Shown: piece by piece, positions 1 through 9,913 of the stretch
Layout: each line of letters begins with the position of its first letter
How positions within the stretch are numbered: the first letter of the stretch is position 1
From: Candidatus Tayloriibacteriota bacterium
Lineage (GTDB): Bacteria > Patescibacteriota > Minisyncoccia > Phycocordibacterales > CAIRYW01
Length of the DNA: 64,000 nucleotides
Reading direction: 5' to 3'
NCBI GenBank assembly: GCA_028286725.1
Contig: JAQBQZ010000013.1
Location: 15,216-79,215 of the forward strand
Translations under genes and position numbers: made by a program
The notes under the pieces: generated by a model
Seen by the model: the letters and a program-made list of their open reading frames with translations, nothing else
What the model was told of the DNA's origin: nothing
Database searches by the model: none

Positions 1-4
1 CGCG

Positions 5-328
5 GTGGTCCAGGAAATACACTGTGGAGCTTCATGCTCAGTGAGTTTGCAGGTTGTCTTAAATGAAGGAAATGTGAGTGCCAAACTCGTTAAAGATAAA
101 AATTATCCTGATACATTTTCACCGGCATACGTTGCATCATCTGCCATTAAATCAGAAGTAACAAGTGTATCAATTAAAAACGGAATCATTTCCCTTACAG
201 GAAAAGGGTTGGCCTGTACAACACCTAGTTTAGAAGAAGCCTGTACTGAAGAAAAATGGAATGTAATCAAAACAGCAACTTATAAATTTGATGGATCGAA
301 TATAGTACAGCTTTCTGTTAAACCATAG
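5..328 (+). CDS. hypothetical protein, C-terminal part (probably truncated by window start)
   Basis: Open frame from the window edge; two Cys pairs suggest a secreted domain. Confidence 0.6.
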   Translation: MVQEIHCGASCSVSLQVVLNEGNVSAKLVKDKNYPDTFSPAYVASSAIKSEVTSVSIKNGIISLTGKGLACTTPSLEEACTEEKWNVIKTATYKFDGSNIVQLSVKP

Positions 329-478
329 AATAGAGACTTCAATTAGATCCTAAATTACTATAGGTCTCAATAAGCGTACTCGCGGCCCAACGGGCCACAC
401 TTATGTGTGGACCAGCCAAGAAGTTTGATGTAGTCAAATCACTACTCAAACTTTCTAAATTAAGCTACTATTGAGTAT

Positions 479-1012
479 ATGAAAACAAAACATCTGCCCC
501 TAATTATTGGAATTTCGCTGCCTGTCATATTTATCATCATCATTTCAGTCGTCGTCTTTACACCCTCACTTTACATAAAGCCGCAACACAACTTCCTGTA
601 TTCTACAGATGATAATAATTATGGATATAGTGCCACCTACAAAAACACCTATATTGCGGAGAACAATCAGCTTTCTATTCATGCTTTACCTGTACAACTT
701 AACGGTAATTATGCTTACAAAGAAGATTCGCCAACATTATATTTGTATGATGTTAAAACTAATTCATCACATCAAATTACTTTCGATGAGGCAAAAAAAT
801 ATACTATTGATTCAGGGCCATCTTCTCAAGATGGATATACGGTAAAATATGAATACAACAACGACGGTATTTTCGGCTTGTTTGGTTCAGGTCACGATGG
901 CAGTGGTTATTTTATAGAAAAGGGCAATGGTAGGAGGGAATTAACTGGACTTACTAGCAGTGATCGATATTATTATCAAGGAAACTTTAACCTAATAGGT
1001 TGGATAAAATAA
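479..1012 (+). CDS. hypothetical protein with N-terminal membrane anchor
   Basis: 177 aa; hydrophobic residues ~7-27; tightly coupled to the next gene. Confidence 0.75.
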   Translation: MKTKHLPLIIGISLPVIFIIIISVVVFTPSLYIKPQHNFLYSTDDNNYGYSATYKNTYIAENNQLSIHALPVQLNGNYAYKEDSPTLYLYDVKTNSSHQITFDEAKKYTIDSGPSSQDGYTVKYEYNNDGIFGLFGSGHDGSGYFIEKGNGRRELTGLTSSDRYYYQGNFNLIGWIK

Positions 1013-1016
1013 CTTT

Positions 1017-2033
1017 ATGGATAAACAGCAAATAATTACTTTTATTGCAGAGCAGATAGCAACAGGAAAAATTTCCAAGAGTGATCTTGTAACTCTCTGG
1101 GGTGAGGATTCAAATGTGGCTCAGCAAATTTCCTCAACAATACAACCAATTAACCCTGTCGTGGATAAAGAGGAATCATCTAATAACCTCATTAATACTT
1201 TTTATGGCATAGGTGCCATTATTGCAATCCTCGGAGTCAGTATTCTTGTGGCTCAGCATTGGGATGAGATTGGTTTTTTTGGCAGGATACTTGTGACTCT
1301 TGGAATTTCCCTTGTCGCGTACGTTGTTGCACTACTAATGAATAACCCACAACAGAAAATGATTTCTCAGGCTATGTTTACTATTGCGGCTGCTCTAGCC
1401 CCACTTGGAACATTTGTTTTGTTAAACGAGGCAAATATTAGTTTTGACTGGTCTACTCAAATTATTACTTCTTTAATATTGATGCTTATATTTGGGACAG
1501 CACTATTTATAAGCAAGAAAAATATTCTTGTGTTGATCACTGTTGGTTTTGCAACGTGGGCATATTACGCAGGAATCATGAAAATCTTCGGCTTTGATTA
1601 TTACAATAATGATTTTCTGAAATGGGCTAGTATGCTTCTTGGGGCATCGTATATTTCAATTGCATATGGATACCAATCTATTTCTCAGGCAATTGATACA
1701 GGTGACCTAAAAGAAAAAAAAGCAATTCAAAATATACTTTATGGTTTTGGTACGCTTGCTATCCTGGGTGCGGGAATTTTTGTAGGAGGAGGCTTTGATG
1801 TGTTCTATATTGCGCTTATCTTCGGTGCATTTTATGGAAGTGTATATGTAAAGAGTCGATCGATGCTTACTTTGGGTGCGTTCTTTCTCATGGCTCATAT
1901 CATTAAACTAACATCAAAATACTTTGTTAGTTCTATAGGTTGGCCAGTGGCACTTATACTTGTAGGGTTCTTGGTGATAGGTGTTGGATATTTAACTTTC
2001 TATCTCAATAGAAAATTCATCACTTTAAAGTAA
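1017..2033 (+). CDS. DUF2157-like multi-pass membrane protein
   Basis: GAIIAILGVSILVAQHWDEIGFFGR matches the DUF2157 'G...VA.NW..+' pattern; about 9-10 TM segments. Confidence 0.7.
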   Translation: MDKQQIITFIAEQIATGKISKSDLVTLWGEDSNVAQQISSTIQPINPVVDKEESSNNLINTFYGIGAIIAILGVSILVAQHWDEIGFFGRILVTLGISLVAYVVALLMNNPQQKMISQAMFTIAAALAPLGTFVLLNEANISFDWSTQIITSLILMLIFGTALFISKKNILVLITVGFATWAYYAGIMKIFGFDYYNNDFLKWASMLLGASYISIAYGYQSISQAIDTGDLKEKKAIQNILYGFGTLAILGAGIFVGGGFDVFYIALIFGAFYGSVYVKSRSMLTLGAFFLMAHIIKLTSKYFVSSIGWPVALILVGFLVIGVGYLTFYLNRKFITLK

Positions 2034-2037
2034 CCCT

Positions 2038-2565
2038 ATGGTATTTCCAGGTCATATTGCAGCAGGGTATTTAACAGCTCTTGGAGTCGTGACATTTTCA
2101 GGTATCGCACTTAGTCCAAACGAGCAAGCGCTTCTTCTCACTCTCGGTGCACTTTTAGGTGATGGGCCAGACGTGGATCTGTTTTATAGTTTCTTCAAAA
2201 AGAAAACGACAAATGTTGGAGCTTTGAAAGGGCATCGAGATCACATAACTCATATGCCACTTCTGTGGCTACTTATTGGTCTTTTTGTTTTTATACTTAC
2301 GGTTTCTAACTTCGGTAAAGTATTAGGAATTCTTCTTTGGCTTTGTCCTTGGAGTCATCTTCTTTGTGACTCATTGTTTTCGGATGTTGGGGTAGCGTGG
2401 CTTAGACCTTTTTCAAATAAAGGGTTTACATTGTTTAAGCGACCTGAGACTTTCCCGGCAAATTGGAAAGATTTGTTCCTAACACTTTTAAAGAATCCTC
2501 TCTTTTATTTAGAGATTTTTATTGCTCTTGTTGCCTTCGTTATTATTTCCATTAGAAACTTTTAA
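2038..2565 (+). CDS. membrane-bound metal-dependent hydrolase (YdjM/DUF457-like)
   Basis: Motifs GH, PDVD, HRDHITH, SHLLCD. Confidence 0.75.
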   Translation: MVFPGHIAAGYLTALGVVTFSGIALSPNEQALLLTLGALLGDGPDVDLFYSFFKKKTTNVGALKGHRDHITHMPLLWLLIGLFVFILTVSNFGKVLGILLWLCPWSHLLCDSLFSDVGVAWLRPFSNKGFTLFKRPETFPANWKDLFLTLLKNPLFYLEIFIALVAFVIISIRNF

Positions 2566-2571
2566 CTCCTT

Positions 2572-3210
2572 ATGAATTTTGATTCTCTTGGTCTCACTAA
2601 ATCAGAACTCGCCATTCTTCGTCGTCTGAATACTCCAATAAAGATCCAGAACTTCATTGATGATATTCCAACTAACTTTGAATTAGATGGGGAGACGAAC
2701 AAATCTCCTCGAAGAACACTCCGAGAAAACAAAGCGCATTGTCTTGAAGGAGCATTACTCGCAGCACTAGCGCTTTGGATAAATGGGCACAAGCCGCTCA
2801 TTATGGATATGAAATCAACGGACAATGATGTTGATCATGTGATTGCGCCATTTAAGATAAATGGATATTGGGGATGCGTGAGCAAGACCAATCATGCAAC
2901 AATCCGGTATCGTGATCCTGTATACAAAACTATCCGTGAACTTGCGATGTCATATTTTCACGAGTGGTTTATGGATGTTGATGGGACAAAGACACTTCGA
3001 AGTTTTTCAGAACCATACGATCTTCGTAAATTCAAAAAGAATTGGATCACAGAAGAAAAAGATCTTTGGGAAATATCAGAACTCCTCGATAGCTTGAAAC
3101 ATTTTAAAGTTGCCCCGGAGAAGAATATTAAAATGGTTCGCGTTGCTGATGCGATGGAGAGAAAAGCGGGGAAGATCCAGGAGTGGGGCAGAGATGGCAA
3201 GCGTCTTTAA
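2572..3210 (+). CDS. conserved hypothetical protein, transglutaminase/papain-like catalytic motifs
   Basis: AHCLEGALLAA (Cys), DHVIA (His), SKTNH, YRDPVY. Confidence 0.65.
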   Translation: MNFDSLGLTKSELAILRRLNTPIKIQNFIDDIPTNFELDGETNKSPRRTLRENKAHCLEGALLAALALWINGHKPLIMDMKSTDNDVDHVIAPFKINGYWGCVSKTNHATIRYRDPVYKTIRELAMSYFHEWFMDVDGTKTLRSFSEPYDLRKFKKNWITEEKDLWEISELLDSLKHFKVAPEKNIKMVRVADAMERKAGKIQEWGRDGKRL

Positions 3211-3256
3211 AAGGATTGAATTAATCAGATTTTCTGATATAGTATCCAAATATAGA

Positions 3257-3329
3257 GGGCGATTAGCTCAGTTGGTAGAGCAATTCATTTACACTGAAAA
3301 GGTCACAGGTTCGAGTCCTGTATCGCCCA
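3257..3329 (+). tRNA. tRNA-Val(TAC), CCA not encoded
   Basis: Acceptor gggcgat/atcgccc, D arm gctc/gagc, anticodon loop tttacac, T arm acagg-ttcgagt-cctgt. Confidence 0.95.
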
Positions 3330-3512
3330 CAAAAATACAAAAAACACTTAGAATATCTAAGTGTTTTTTGTATTTTTGTGGGCGATAGCAAGTGCGGGGC
3401 ACTTGCGTACAGGACTCGAAAACCTTTTGAGCCTAAAATTGATTTCAAGAAAATTTTAGCCAAAAGGTGTACTGCGACTGTAAGTCGAGAGTTCCTGGTA
3501 CAGGACTCAAAC
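3321..3512. repeat. tRNA-Val-linked structured element (32-bp perfect inverted repeat, anti-T-arm copies, scaffold class B)
   Basis: 3321-3352 is the exact reverse complement of 3356-3387; 3408-3420 is the reverse complement of 3310-3322; hairpin scaffold 3422-3487; further copies at 3488-3512. Confidence 0.85.
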
Positions 3513-3556
3513 ATAAAAAAACTGGGCTTGATTGTTCATCAGCCCAGTATAATAGT

Positions 3557-4039
3557 TCATTTAAAAACAACCTCAAACCAAAATATCGCGGTCCATTCGA
3601 TTGGAGTGGTCAGATCTTTTGCTTCAAATCTTTGTTCTGTGAAATTTGGTATGTAGTTGGATCTACCCTCAAAACATCTGATTCTCAAAATCTCACCATT
3701 TGGTTTGTAACGAACATTTCTGACGAGGTAGACACTTCCATAACGCACCGCTTCTTCTGCAACCTTTCTCGCTAAACTTTCATCTGTAATGTATCGGATC
3801 CTTGCAGCTCCCGCTAAGCTTTTTCTTAGCAATTTAAGATGATTCGATGAAGGTGGCAACCAATTAAGTGTGTAGCGATGGGTGGTGGGATTACCGGGGA
3901 GTAGGAGACAGTTTTCGAGCGGGACAAAAATCCTTCCCCCAATCTCGATTCGCGGTTTTCCGTCAGTTCTACCATGAAAAAAATTATTTGCTTCTAACAT
4001 AGATTCCTTTCTGTTGATTTTCTTTCGAAATATTGTCAC
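3557..4039 (-). CDS. hypothetical protein
   Basis: 160-aa ORF ending at a hairpin (actgggct/agcccagt, ~3521-3548); no recognised motif. Confidence 0.45.
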   Translation of the reverse strand: MTIFRKKINRKESMLEANNFFHGRTDGKPRIEIGGRIFVPLENCLLLPGNPTTHRYTLNWLPPSSNHLKLLRKSLAGAARIRYITDESLARKVAEEAVRYGSVYLVRNVRYKPNGEILRIRCFEGRSNYIPNFTEQRFEAKDLTTPIEWTAIFWFEVVFK

Positions 4040-4168
4040 TACTCCCTTGCATAGTCAATCTAATTTTGAATAATAAAACATAATTTATATATTTATCCTT
4101 ATTTAATATGTCTTAAATACTGTTGAAATTATTTTGACAACAAACTCTATTTTTGCTACTTTAGAATC

Positions 4169-4936
4169 ATGATCGAACAAAAACTCAAGCAAATAGGATT
4201 GTCGGATAAGGAAATATCAGTGTTTCTTTGTGTTTTGCAGTACCAAAAAATCACTCCTGCCAAGGTATCAATGATTACAAAAATAAACAGGCCAACTGTT
4301 TATAGTGTTTCAAAAGAACTTTCTTTCAAAGGATTGATTGATTTTGATGAAGCCGGATCTTCAAAGTATCTCGTATCTCTTGGTGAGGGAGCTCTCGAGA
4401 ACATCACAAAGCTACAGGAGGCGAAGATTGTGCAAATCAAAAAGGACTTGCCAACAATTGTAAAAGAACTTAAACAATTACCAAAGCAGGGTAAGTATTC
4501 GATTCCAAAAATTCGTTTTGTTGATGAATCTCGACTAAGAGAATTTCTGATCAGTGAATCTTCTAAATGGGCGGACAGTGCGGAGGCTCATGATAAAACA
4601 TGGTGGGGCTATCAGGATCACACATTGCTTGAACACTACGAGGACTGGGCAGATCACTTTTGGACAAAATTTCCAAAGGATATAGTTTTAAATCTATTGA
4701 CAAATAAAAAACCTGTTGAGACAAAGGTTATGAAGAGTAAAAAATATAAATCTCTACGAAATATTCGTTATTGGAAAGGTGTTAATGAATTCACTTCTAC
4801 ACATGTAGTGGTGGGGGATTATGTGCTTATGATTGTGACAAGGGAACATCCTCATTATCTTGTGGAGATTTATGACAAAATGATGGCAGAAAATTTACGA
4901 AACTTGTTTAAAGGCATCTGGGAACAGATATCTTAA
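4169..4936 (+). CDS. TrmB-family transcriptional regulator
   Basis: LKQIGLSDKEISVFL...KINRPTVY wHTH followed by a PLD-like effector domain. Confidence 0.85.
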   Translation: MIEQKLKQIGLSDKEISVFLCVLQYQKITPAKVSMITKINRPTVYSVSKELSFKGLIDFDEAGSSKYLVSLGEGALENITKLQEAKIVQIKKDLPTIVKELKQLPKQGKYSIPKIRFVDESRLREFLISESSKWADSAEAHDKTWWGYQDHTLLEHYEDWADHFWTKFPKDIVLNLLTNKKPVETKVMKSKKYKSLRNIRYWKGVNEFTSTHVVVGDYVLMIVTREHPHYLVEIYDKMMAENLRNLFKGIWEQIS

Positions 4937-4958
4937 TCCGTGTTATAATACTCATATT

Positions 4959-5882
4959 ATGATTACAGCATCAATTCTGACCATCTTTGGTCTCGCATTA
5001 TTCGAAATCATTTCAAGTGCCGACAACGCCATTGTTAACGCGGAGGTCCTCGAAACTATGTCTCCAAAGGGAAGAAGGTGGTTTCTTATTTATGGAATAC
5101 TCTTTGCCGTTTTTGTTATTCGAGGACTTCTTCCTTGGGTTATTATTTATGCGACAAATCCACAGCTCGGATTTATTGGTGCACTCACTGCAACATTCTC
5201 TAATGATCCAATAGTCGCAGAATCTATCCATCAATCAGCGCCGATCCTTATGGCGGGAGGTGGAGTATTTCTTGTTTTTCTTTTCTTTCACTGGCTTTTT
5301 CTTGAGAAAAAAACATATGGACTTGTAGGTGAAGCATTCTTTCATCGCCAAGGAGTTTGGTTCTTTGCTGTTGTATCAGCAATACTTGCAGCTGTCGTAT
5401 GGGAGGCTCTCAAAGTTGATCCCATGATGGCATTTGGCGCTGTTGTTGGTTCGACTGCATTTTTTATCACTCATGGATTCAAAGAGAATGCAGAAAAGGC
5501 GGAAAAAGATCTCCTTCATGGAGCATCAAATAAATCTGACTTGAGTAAGATCCTTTATCTCGAAGTTATCGATGCAACGTTTTCTATCGATGGTGTCCTT
5601 GGTGCATTCGCATTTACACTTTCTGTGCCACTCATTCTTATCGGTAATGGTATTGGCGCACTTGTACTTCGAAAGCTTACTATTTCAAATGTTGAGAATG
5701 TAAAGAAATATATATTCCTCAAAAACGGTGCGATGTACTCGATATTTTTCTTGGGAGTAATCATGCTCCTGCACGCATTCCACTACGATCTTCCTGAATG
5801 GGTTTCTCCTGTTGTGACTTTTGCTACTGTTGGATATTTCTTCCTCAAATCTCATTATCATCTCAAGGCACAAAACATTTAA
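4959..5882 (+). CDS. DUF475 / TerC-like membrane protein
   Basis: EIISSADNAIVNA and LYLEVIDATFSIDGVLGAFA motifs. Confidence 0.85.
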   Translation: MITASILTIFGLALFEIISSADNAIVNAEVLETMSPKGRRWFLIYGILFAVFVIRGLLPWVIIYATNPQLGFIGALTATFSNDPIVAESIHQSAPILMAGGGVFLVFLFFHWLFLEKKTYGLVGEAFFHRQGVWFFAVVSAILAAVVWEALKVDPMMAFGAVVGSTAFFITHGFKENAEKAEKDLLHGASNKSDLSKILYLEVIDATFSIDGVLGAFAFTLSVPLILIGNGIGALVLRKLTISNVENVKKYIFLKNGAMYSIFFLGVIMLLHAFHYDLPEWVSPVVTFATVGYFFLKSHYHLKAQNI

Positions 5883-5883
5883 G

Positions 5884-6609
5884 GTGAAAGATATTAAAAT
5901 TCTCTTCGAAGACAATGATATTGTAGCGTTGAACAAGCCTGCGGGTATTGTTGTTCACGGTGATGGCAAGATGAAAGACAAAACAATCTCTGATTGGGTA
6001 GTCAAAAAATATCCTGAAACAAAAGATGTAGGGGAGTCTATTGAGCTTGAAAGTGGAGAGATGATAGACCGACATGGGATTGTACATAGACTCGACAAAG
6101 ATACTTCGGGTGTGCTTTTGATTGCAAAAACTCAAGAGGGATATCTGCATCTCAAAGCACAATTCAAAGAACGAAAGATCAAAAAAACTTACAACGCATT
6201 TATTTATGGAAAGATGAAAGACGAGAGAGGAATTATCAATCGTCCGATCGGACGAGCGACAGGTAGTGTGCGCAAGTGGGCAACAGGCAACAAGACTCGA
6301 GGAGAGCTTCGAGAGGCTGTCACGAAGTTTAAGGTGGTGCAGAATGCGATGCCAGCGTCTCTCTTGGAGCTTTGGCCTCAGACTGGGCGAACACATCAGA
6401 TCCGTGTGCATATGCAGGCCCTGGGGCATCCAGTGGTCGCTGACTCTCTCTATGCTCCGAGTCGTGAAGCGGTGTATGGATTCAAAAGACTTGCACTTCA
6501 CGCGAGAAGACTGATATTTAATGATCTAAAAGGCGGTCTCATTGAGGTGGAGGCACCTTTTCCAAGTGACTTCAAAGACGCTATGGAGGAGATCGGGATC
6601 AAGATATAG
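5884..6609 (+). CDS. RluA-family RNA pseudouridine synthase (start likely GTG 5884)
   Basis: NKPAG, HRLDKDTSG, TGRTHQIRVH, LHA motifs. Confidence 0.93.
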   Translation: MKDIKILFEDNDIVALNKPAGIVVHGDGKMKDKTISDWVVKKYPETKDVGESIELESGEMIDRHGIVHRLDKDTSGVLLIAKTQEGYLHLKAQFKERKIKKTYNAFIYGKMKDERGIINRPIGRATGSVRKWATGNKTRGELREAVTKFKVVQNAMPASLLELWPQTGRTHQIRVHMQALGHPVVADSLYAPSREAVYGFKRLALHARRLIFNDLKGGLIEVEAPFPSDFKDAMEEIGIKI

Positions 6610-6668
6610 GCATTGCACTTGGTCAAAAACTATGATAAAGTCTCTAAATCAATTTAAGTTAAATATAT

Positions 6669-7091
6669 ATGAAAGCGACTGCAAAAACAGCAAATGTAAA
6701 CATAGAAGAGCGACGAACACAGGATATCCGACCTGGAGATGTTGTTAAAGTACACCAGAAAATTCAAGAAAAAGGTAAAACTCGAATCCAGATCTTCGAA
6801 GGTATGGTTCTTGCACGAAAGCATGGTGTAGAAGCAGGCGCTACTATCACTGTACGACGAGTTGCTAACGGATACGGAGTAGAAAAGATCTATCCTATGT
6901 ACTCACCACTTATCGAAAAGATCGAGGTTGTTAGACGAGCAAAGGTTCGAAAGGCAAAGCTCTACTATGTTCGAGACAAAGCTCAGAAAGAACTTTCAAA
7001 GCGAATGCGAGCAGAGATGATGCGAAAAGATGAAACTCCTGCAGAAGAAGTTGTGTCAGCTGATACAAACCATAACGAGTCCTCAAATTAA
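6669..7091 (+). CDS. rplS: 50S ribosomal protein L19 with C-terminal extension
   Basis: [32 protein letters not shown]. Confidence 0.97.
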   Translation: MKATAKTANVNIEERRTQDIRPGDVVKVHQKIQEKGKTRIQIFEGMVLARKHGVEAGATITVRRVANGYGVEKIYPMYSPLIEKIEVVRRAKVRKAKLYYVRDKAQKELSKRMRAEMMRKDETPAEEVVSADTNHNESSN

Positions 7092-7126
7092 GGATTCGTA
7101 TTTGGTATTTTCTAAAATTTCAAAAT

Positions 7127-7167
7127 AATAAAAACGAGTCCTCAATCCGGGGGCTCGTTTTTTATTT
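7127..7167 (+). terminator. intrinsic terminator after rplS
   Basis: aaaaacgagtcctc-aatcc-ggggctcgtttttt hairpin with U tract. Confidence 0.75.
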
Positions 7168-7224
7168 GTCTGAACAAATAAAAAAGCTCGTTAAACTCAA
7201 ATAAAAAAATACGTTAAACACATT

Positions 7225-7656
7225 ATGAAAATATTAAAACCTGACTTTGCAAAACGCGGCGGTGTAATTCCTGTTATCGTACAGGATGTAAATTCTGGTA
7301 TTGTGCTCATGCTTGCATACACAAACGAAGAATGTTTTCTGGAGACGATTGCGTCGGGGGATGCGGTCTATTATTCAACCTCAAGACAAGAGCGTTGGAA
7401 AAAAGGTGAAACGAGTGGAAATACTCAGCGAGTTCGCTATATGTACATTGATTGTGACAATGATGCACTCATCTATAAGGTGGAACAAAAAGGTGAGGGT
7501 GCATGCCATACTGGAGCGCTGAGTTGCTTCTTTAGAACCATTGGTGGCAATAAAGGGTATTCAGGCGGTCCAATTATGAAGTATGATGAAAGCTCGTTTT
7601 TTCAAATGCCGGTTGTGAGAATTGGCTGGCTTGTTGTAGATCAGATGTCGGTTTGA
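7225..7656 (+). CDS. hisI: phosphoribosyl-AMP cyclohydrolase
   Basis: VLMLAY, STSRQERWKKGETSGNTQ, DCDND, ACHTG..SCF. Confidence 0.93.
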   Translation: MKILKPDFAKRGGVIPVIVQDVNSGIVLMLAYTNEECFLETIASGDAVYYSTSRQERWKKGETSGNTQRVRYMYIDCDNDALIYKVEQKGEGACHTGALSCFFRTIGGNKGYSGGPIMKYDESSFFQMPVVRIGWLVVDQMSV

Positions 7657-7687
7657 GATAAAAGGCACTCTATAGAAATATAGAGTG

Positions 7688-8623
7688 CTAATTTTTATAT
7701 ACGATCTTTGTTGTGTGTTTTACTAGTTTTTCAAATTTATCAAAAAAAGTAAGACAGATTATTGCGCAGATTATATTGAAGAGAAAATGTGCGTTCACTA
7801 TTTGCTGAGTCTCGTCTGTGCTTATGATTTGGAGGAGCGACATGAATGGGTCTATAAGTGGAATGAATATTGCAACTCCAATAATATTAAAAAGTACTTG
7901 AGCTATCGCCACTTTCTTTGCTTCAAAAGCGGCACTTGTGCTTGCAATGATAGCTGTAAATGGAGAACCAATATTTGAGCCAAGCATAAATCCGATTGCG
8001 GCCGGGAGAGTGATAAGTCCCTGAGCGCCGAGAATGATTATAACTCCAGTGAACACTGAACTTGATTGAAGTATCGCTGTGATGATCGCTCCTGCGACTA
8101 TTGCCTTGTATGGATTCGACATTGCGACAAGAATGTTTTGGAAATCGACATTATCTTTAAGCGGAGAAACTATATTTGAAATAATAAAGAGCGAAAGGAA
8201 TATGATTCCAAAATAAAAGATGGCTTTGCCGTATCTTTTGAATCGAGTTTTCGTGTGAGAAATAATAAATCCAGCGATCACAATGATTGGTGCAATATAT
8301 GTCATGTTGAGAGCGATGAGTTGGGCACTGATCGATGGGCCAATATTGGCACCAATCACCACACCGAGCGCGTTTCGTGATGTGATGATACTTGCGTTTA
8401 CGAGGCCTACGAGGATAACTGTGGTAGCGGTAGATGATTGAAGGATGGTTGTGATAAGTGTGCCACTCAATGTCCCTTTGATCGGCGTATTAGTCCAATT
8501 ATTTAAAATATTTTTAAGCTTATCGCCAGCAACTCGCTGAATTTGGTGGCTGAATTTTTGAACAGCAAAGAGAAATACGATAATGAGAGAGAAGACTGTT
8601 GTAATGATCGTGCTTGTATCCAT
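7688..8623 (-). CDS. Na/Pi cotransporter family protein
   Basis: Two QSS repeats (QSSTAT, QSSSVF) with GANIG / GSNIG. Confidence 0.9.
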   Translation of the reverse strand: MDTSTIITTVFSLIIVFLFAVQKFSHQIQRVAGDKLKNILNNWTNTPIKGTLSGTLITTILQSSTATTVILVGLVNASIITSRNALGVVIGANIGPSISAQLIALNMTYIAPIIVIAGFIISHTKTRFKRYGKAIFYFGIIFLSLFIISNIVSPLKDNVDFQNILVAMSNPYKAIVAGAIITAILQSSSVFTGVIIILGAQGLITLPAAIGFMLGSNIGSPFTAIIASTSAAFEAKKVAIAQVLFNIIGVAIFIPLIDPFMSLLQIISTDETQQIVNAHFLFNIICAIICLTFFDKFEKLVKHTTKIVYKN

Positions 8624-8702
8624 GTGTGTTTTTGTTCATATTATTGTATCAGAAAAACAAAAAGTTGAAATTATCTCAAATTTTAGTAGTATAGGCTCTA
8701 AT

Positions 8703-8786
8703 GCGCGGGTGGCGAAATTGGTAGACGCACTACCTTGAGGTGGTAGCGCCCGTAAGGGTATGGAAGTTCGAGTCTTCTCTCGCGCA
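8703..8786 (+). tRNA. tRNA-Leu(GAG)
   Basis: Acceptor gcgcggg/ctcgcgc, anticodon arm ctacc-ttgaggt-ggtag, long variable arm ccc-gtaa-ggg, T loop ttcgagt. Confidence 0.95.
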
Positions 8787-9005
8787 CAAAACGGTATTTC
8801 AAAAAAGAGCCCTGCGGCTCTTTTTTGCGTTTTGTGCGAGCCGGAATATATGGCTTTGCCATAATGAGGCGGGGTCGCAAGTACTTAGTAGAATTCAAGC
8901 GAAGCGAAGAATTATACTTAGTAACTTGTGACCACAAAATATACAAAAAACTGTAAGTTTCGAGTTCTTCTCTATAAGACTGTGCCCGAGTCTTCTCTCG
9001 CGCAC
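8787..9005. repeat. tRNA-Leu-linked structured element ending in a 19-bp direct copy of the tRNA 3' end
   Basis: cgagtcttctctcgcgcac at 8769-8787 and 8987-9005; degenerate copy at 8959-8973; long hairpin ~8873-8933. Confidence 0.85.
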
Positions 9006-9188
9006 CCTTGTATTCTTTACCCATGTTGACCACAAACCTTCTCACTTTCCTGCATTTATGTCCCAATTTTCTCCCTCGCACCCCAACCTCTCCCTCCCTC
9101 GTATACTTATCCATAGGTCGCTGTATTACCAGGCTTAATTTTCTTTATATTCAAAATTTCAATTAATCTAACAAAATCAATAAAACTT

Positions 9189-9842
9189 ATGTCAAAAAAA
9201 CCTACAATAGTAACATTAACCGCCGCCATCCTTATCGTCACTAGTGCTACATTCACAGATAGAGTATTTGCCTCTACTTCTAATCCTTCAATACAAAAAG
9301 TCGAACATATTAAACATTTGGCGAAAGAGAATGGGGTGGTAGGAACTGTTGAATCCATATCAGGTAACATTCTAATAATAAAAGATAAAAATAATGTTTC
9401 TTATAATGTTGATGTGAGTAGTGCAAAATTATTTAAGGCAAAAGATGTCACAATTGCACTATCTGATATCAAGGTCGGAGAGAAAATATTTGCAGCAGGA
9501 ACTGTAACAAATAACACGGTTGTCGCTACAAAAGTATATGATGGTCAAAAAATAAAGACTCATTCTGGTACCAAGAAGGAATTCCAAGGAGTTGCGGGTG
9601 TCGTTACATCAATAAGTGGGCACAGTATTACTCTCACTGGCAAAGATAACATTGTGTATGTAGTTGATGCGACTAATGCAGCGATCAAAAAAGGCAGCGC
9701 AACAAGTACTGTTGATATCTCTCAAATTCAGAGCGGAGATAAGCTTTTTGTGAGAGGTGTTGTCACGGGCACGACTGTTGTTGCAACAAACATTGAAGAC
9801 GGACACAGGACTCACGTTAAAGGGTCAAAGAAAGTAAAATAA
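9189..9842 (+). CDS. secreted protein with two DUF5666-like OB repeats
   Basis: Signal peptide; repeated G.V.SISG..I...K....Y.VD...A ... I..G+K+FV.G. Confidence 0.75.
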   Translation: MSKKPTIVTLTAAILIVTSATFTDRVFASTSNPSIQKVEHIKHLAKENGVVGTVESISGNILIIKDKNNVSYNVDVSSAKLFKAKDVTIALSDIKVGEKIFAAGTVTNNTVVATKVYDGQKIKTHSGTKKEFQGVAGVVTSISGHSITLTGKDNIVYVVDATNAAIKKGSATSTVDISQIQSGDKLFVRGVVTGTTVVATNIEDGHRTHVKGSKKVK

Positions 9843-9913
9843 TATTTTTAGACTAAATCTCCGCACCTTTAGGTGTGGAGATTTTTATTTGTCTTTTGTG
9901 TTAAACTTATTTC

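Noticed and set aside
380-420. Two small GC hairpins (ggccc/gggcc, ccacac/gtgtgg)
   Set aside because: Too short to assign, and no second copy noticed.
8698-9114. 138-aa minus-strand ORF, and similar ORFs at 3110-3775 and 10874-11062
   Set aside because: Shadows of tRNA genes and their palindromic trailers; no protein motifs.
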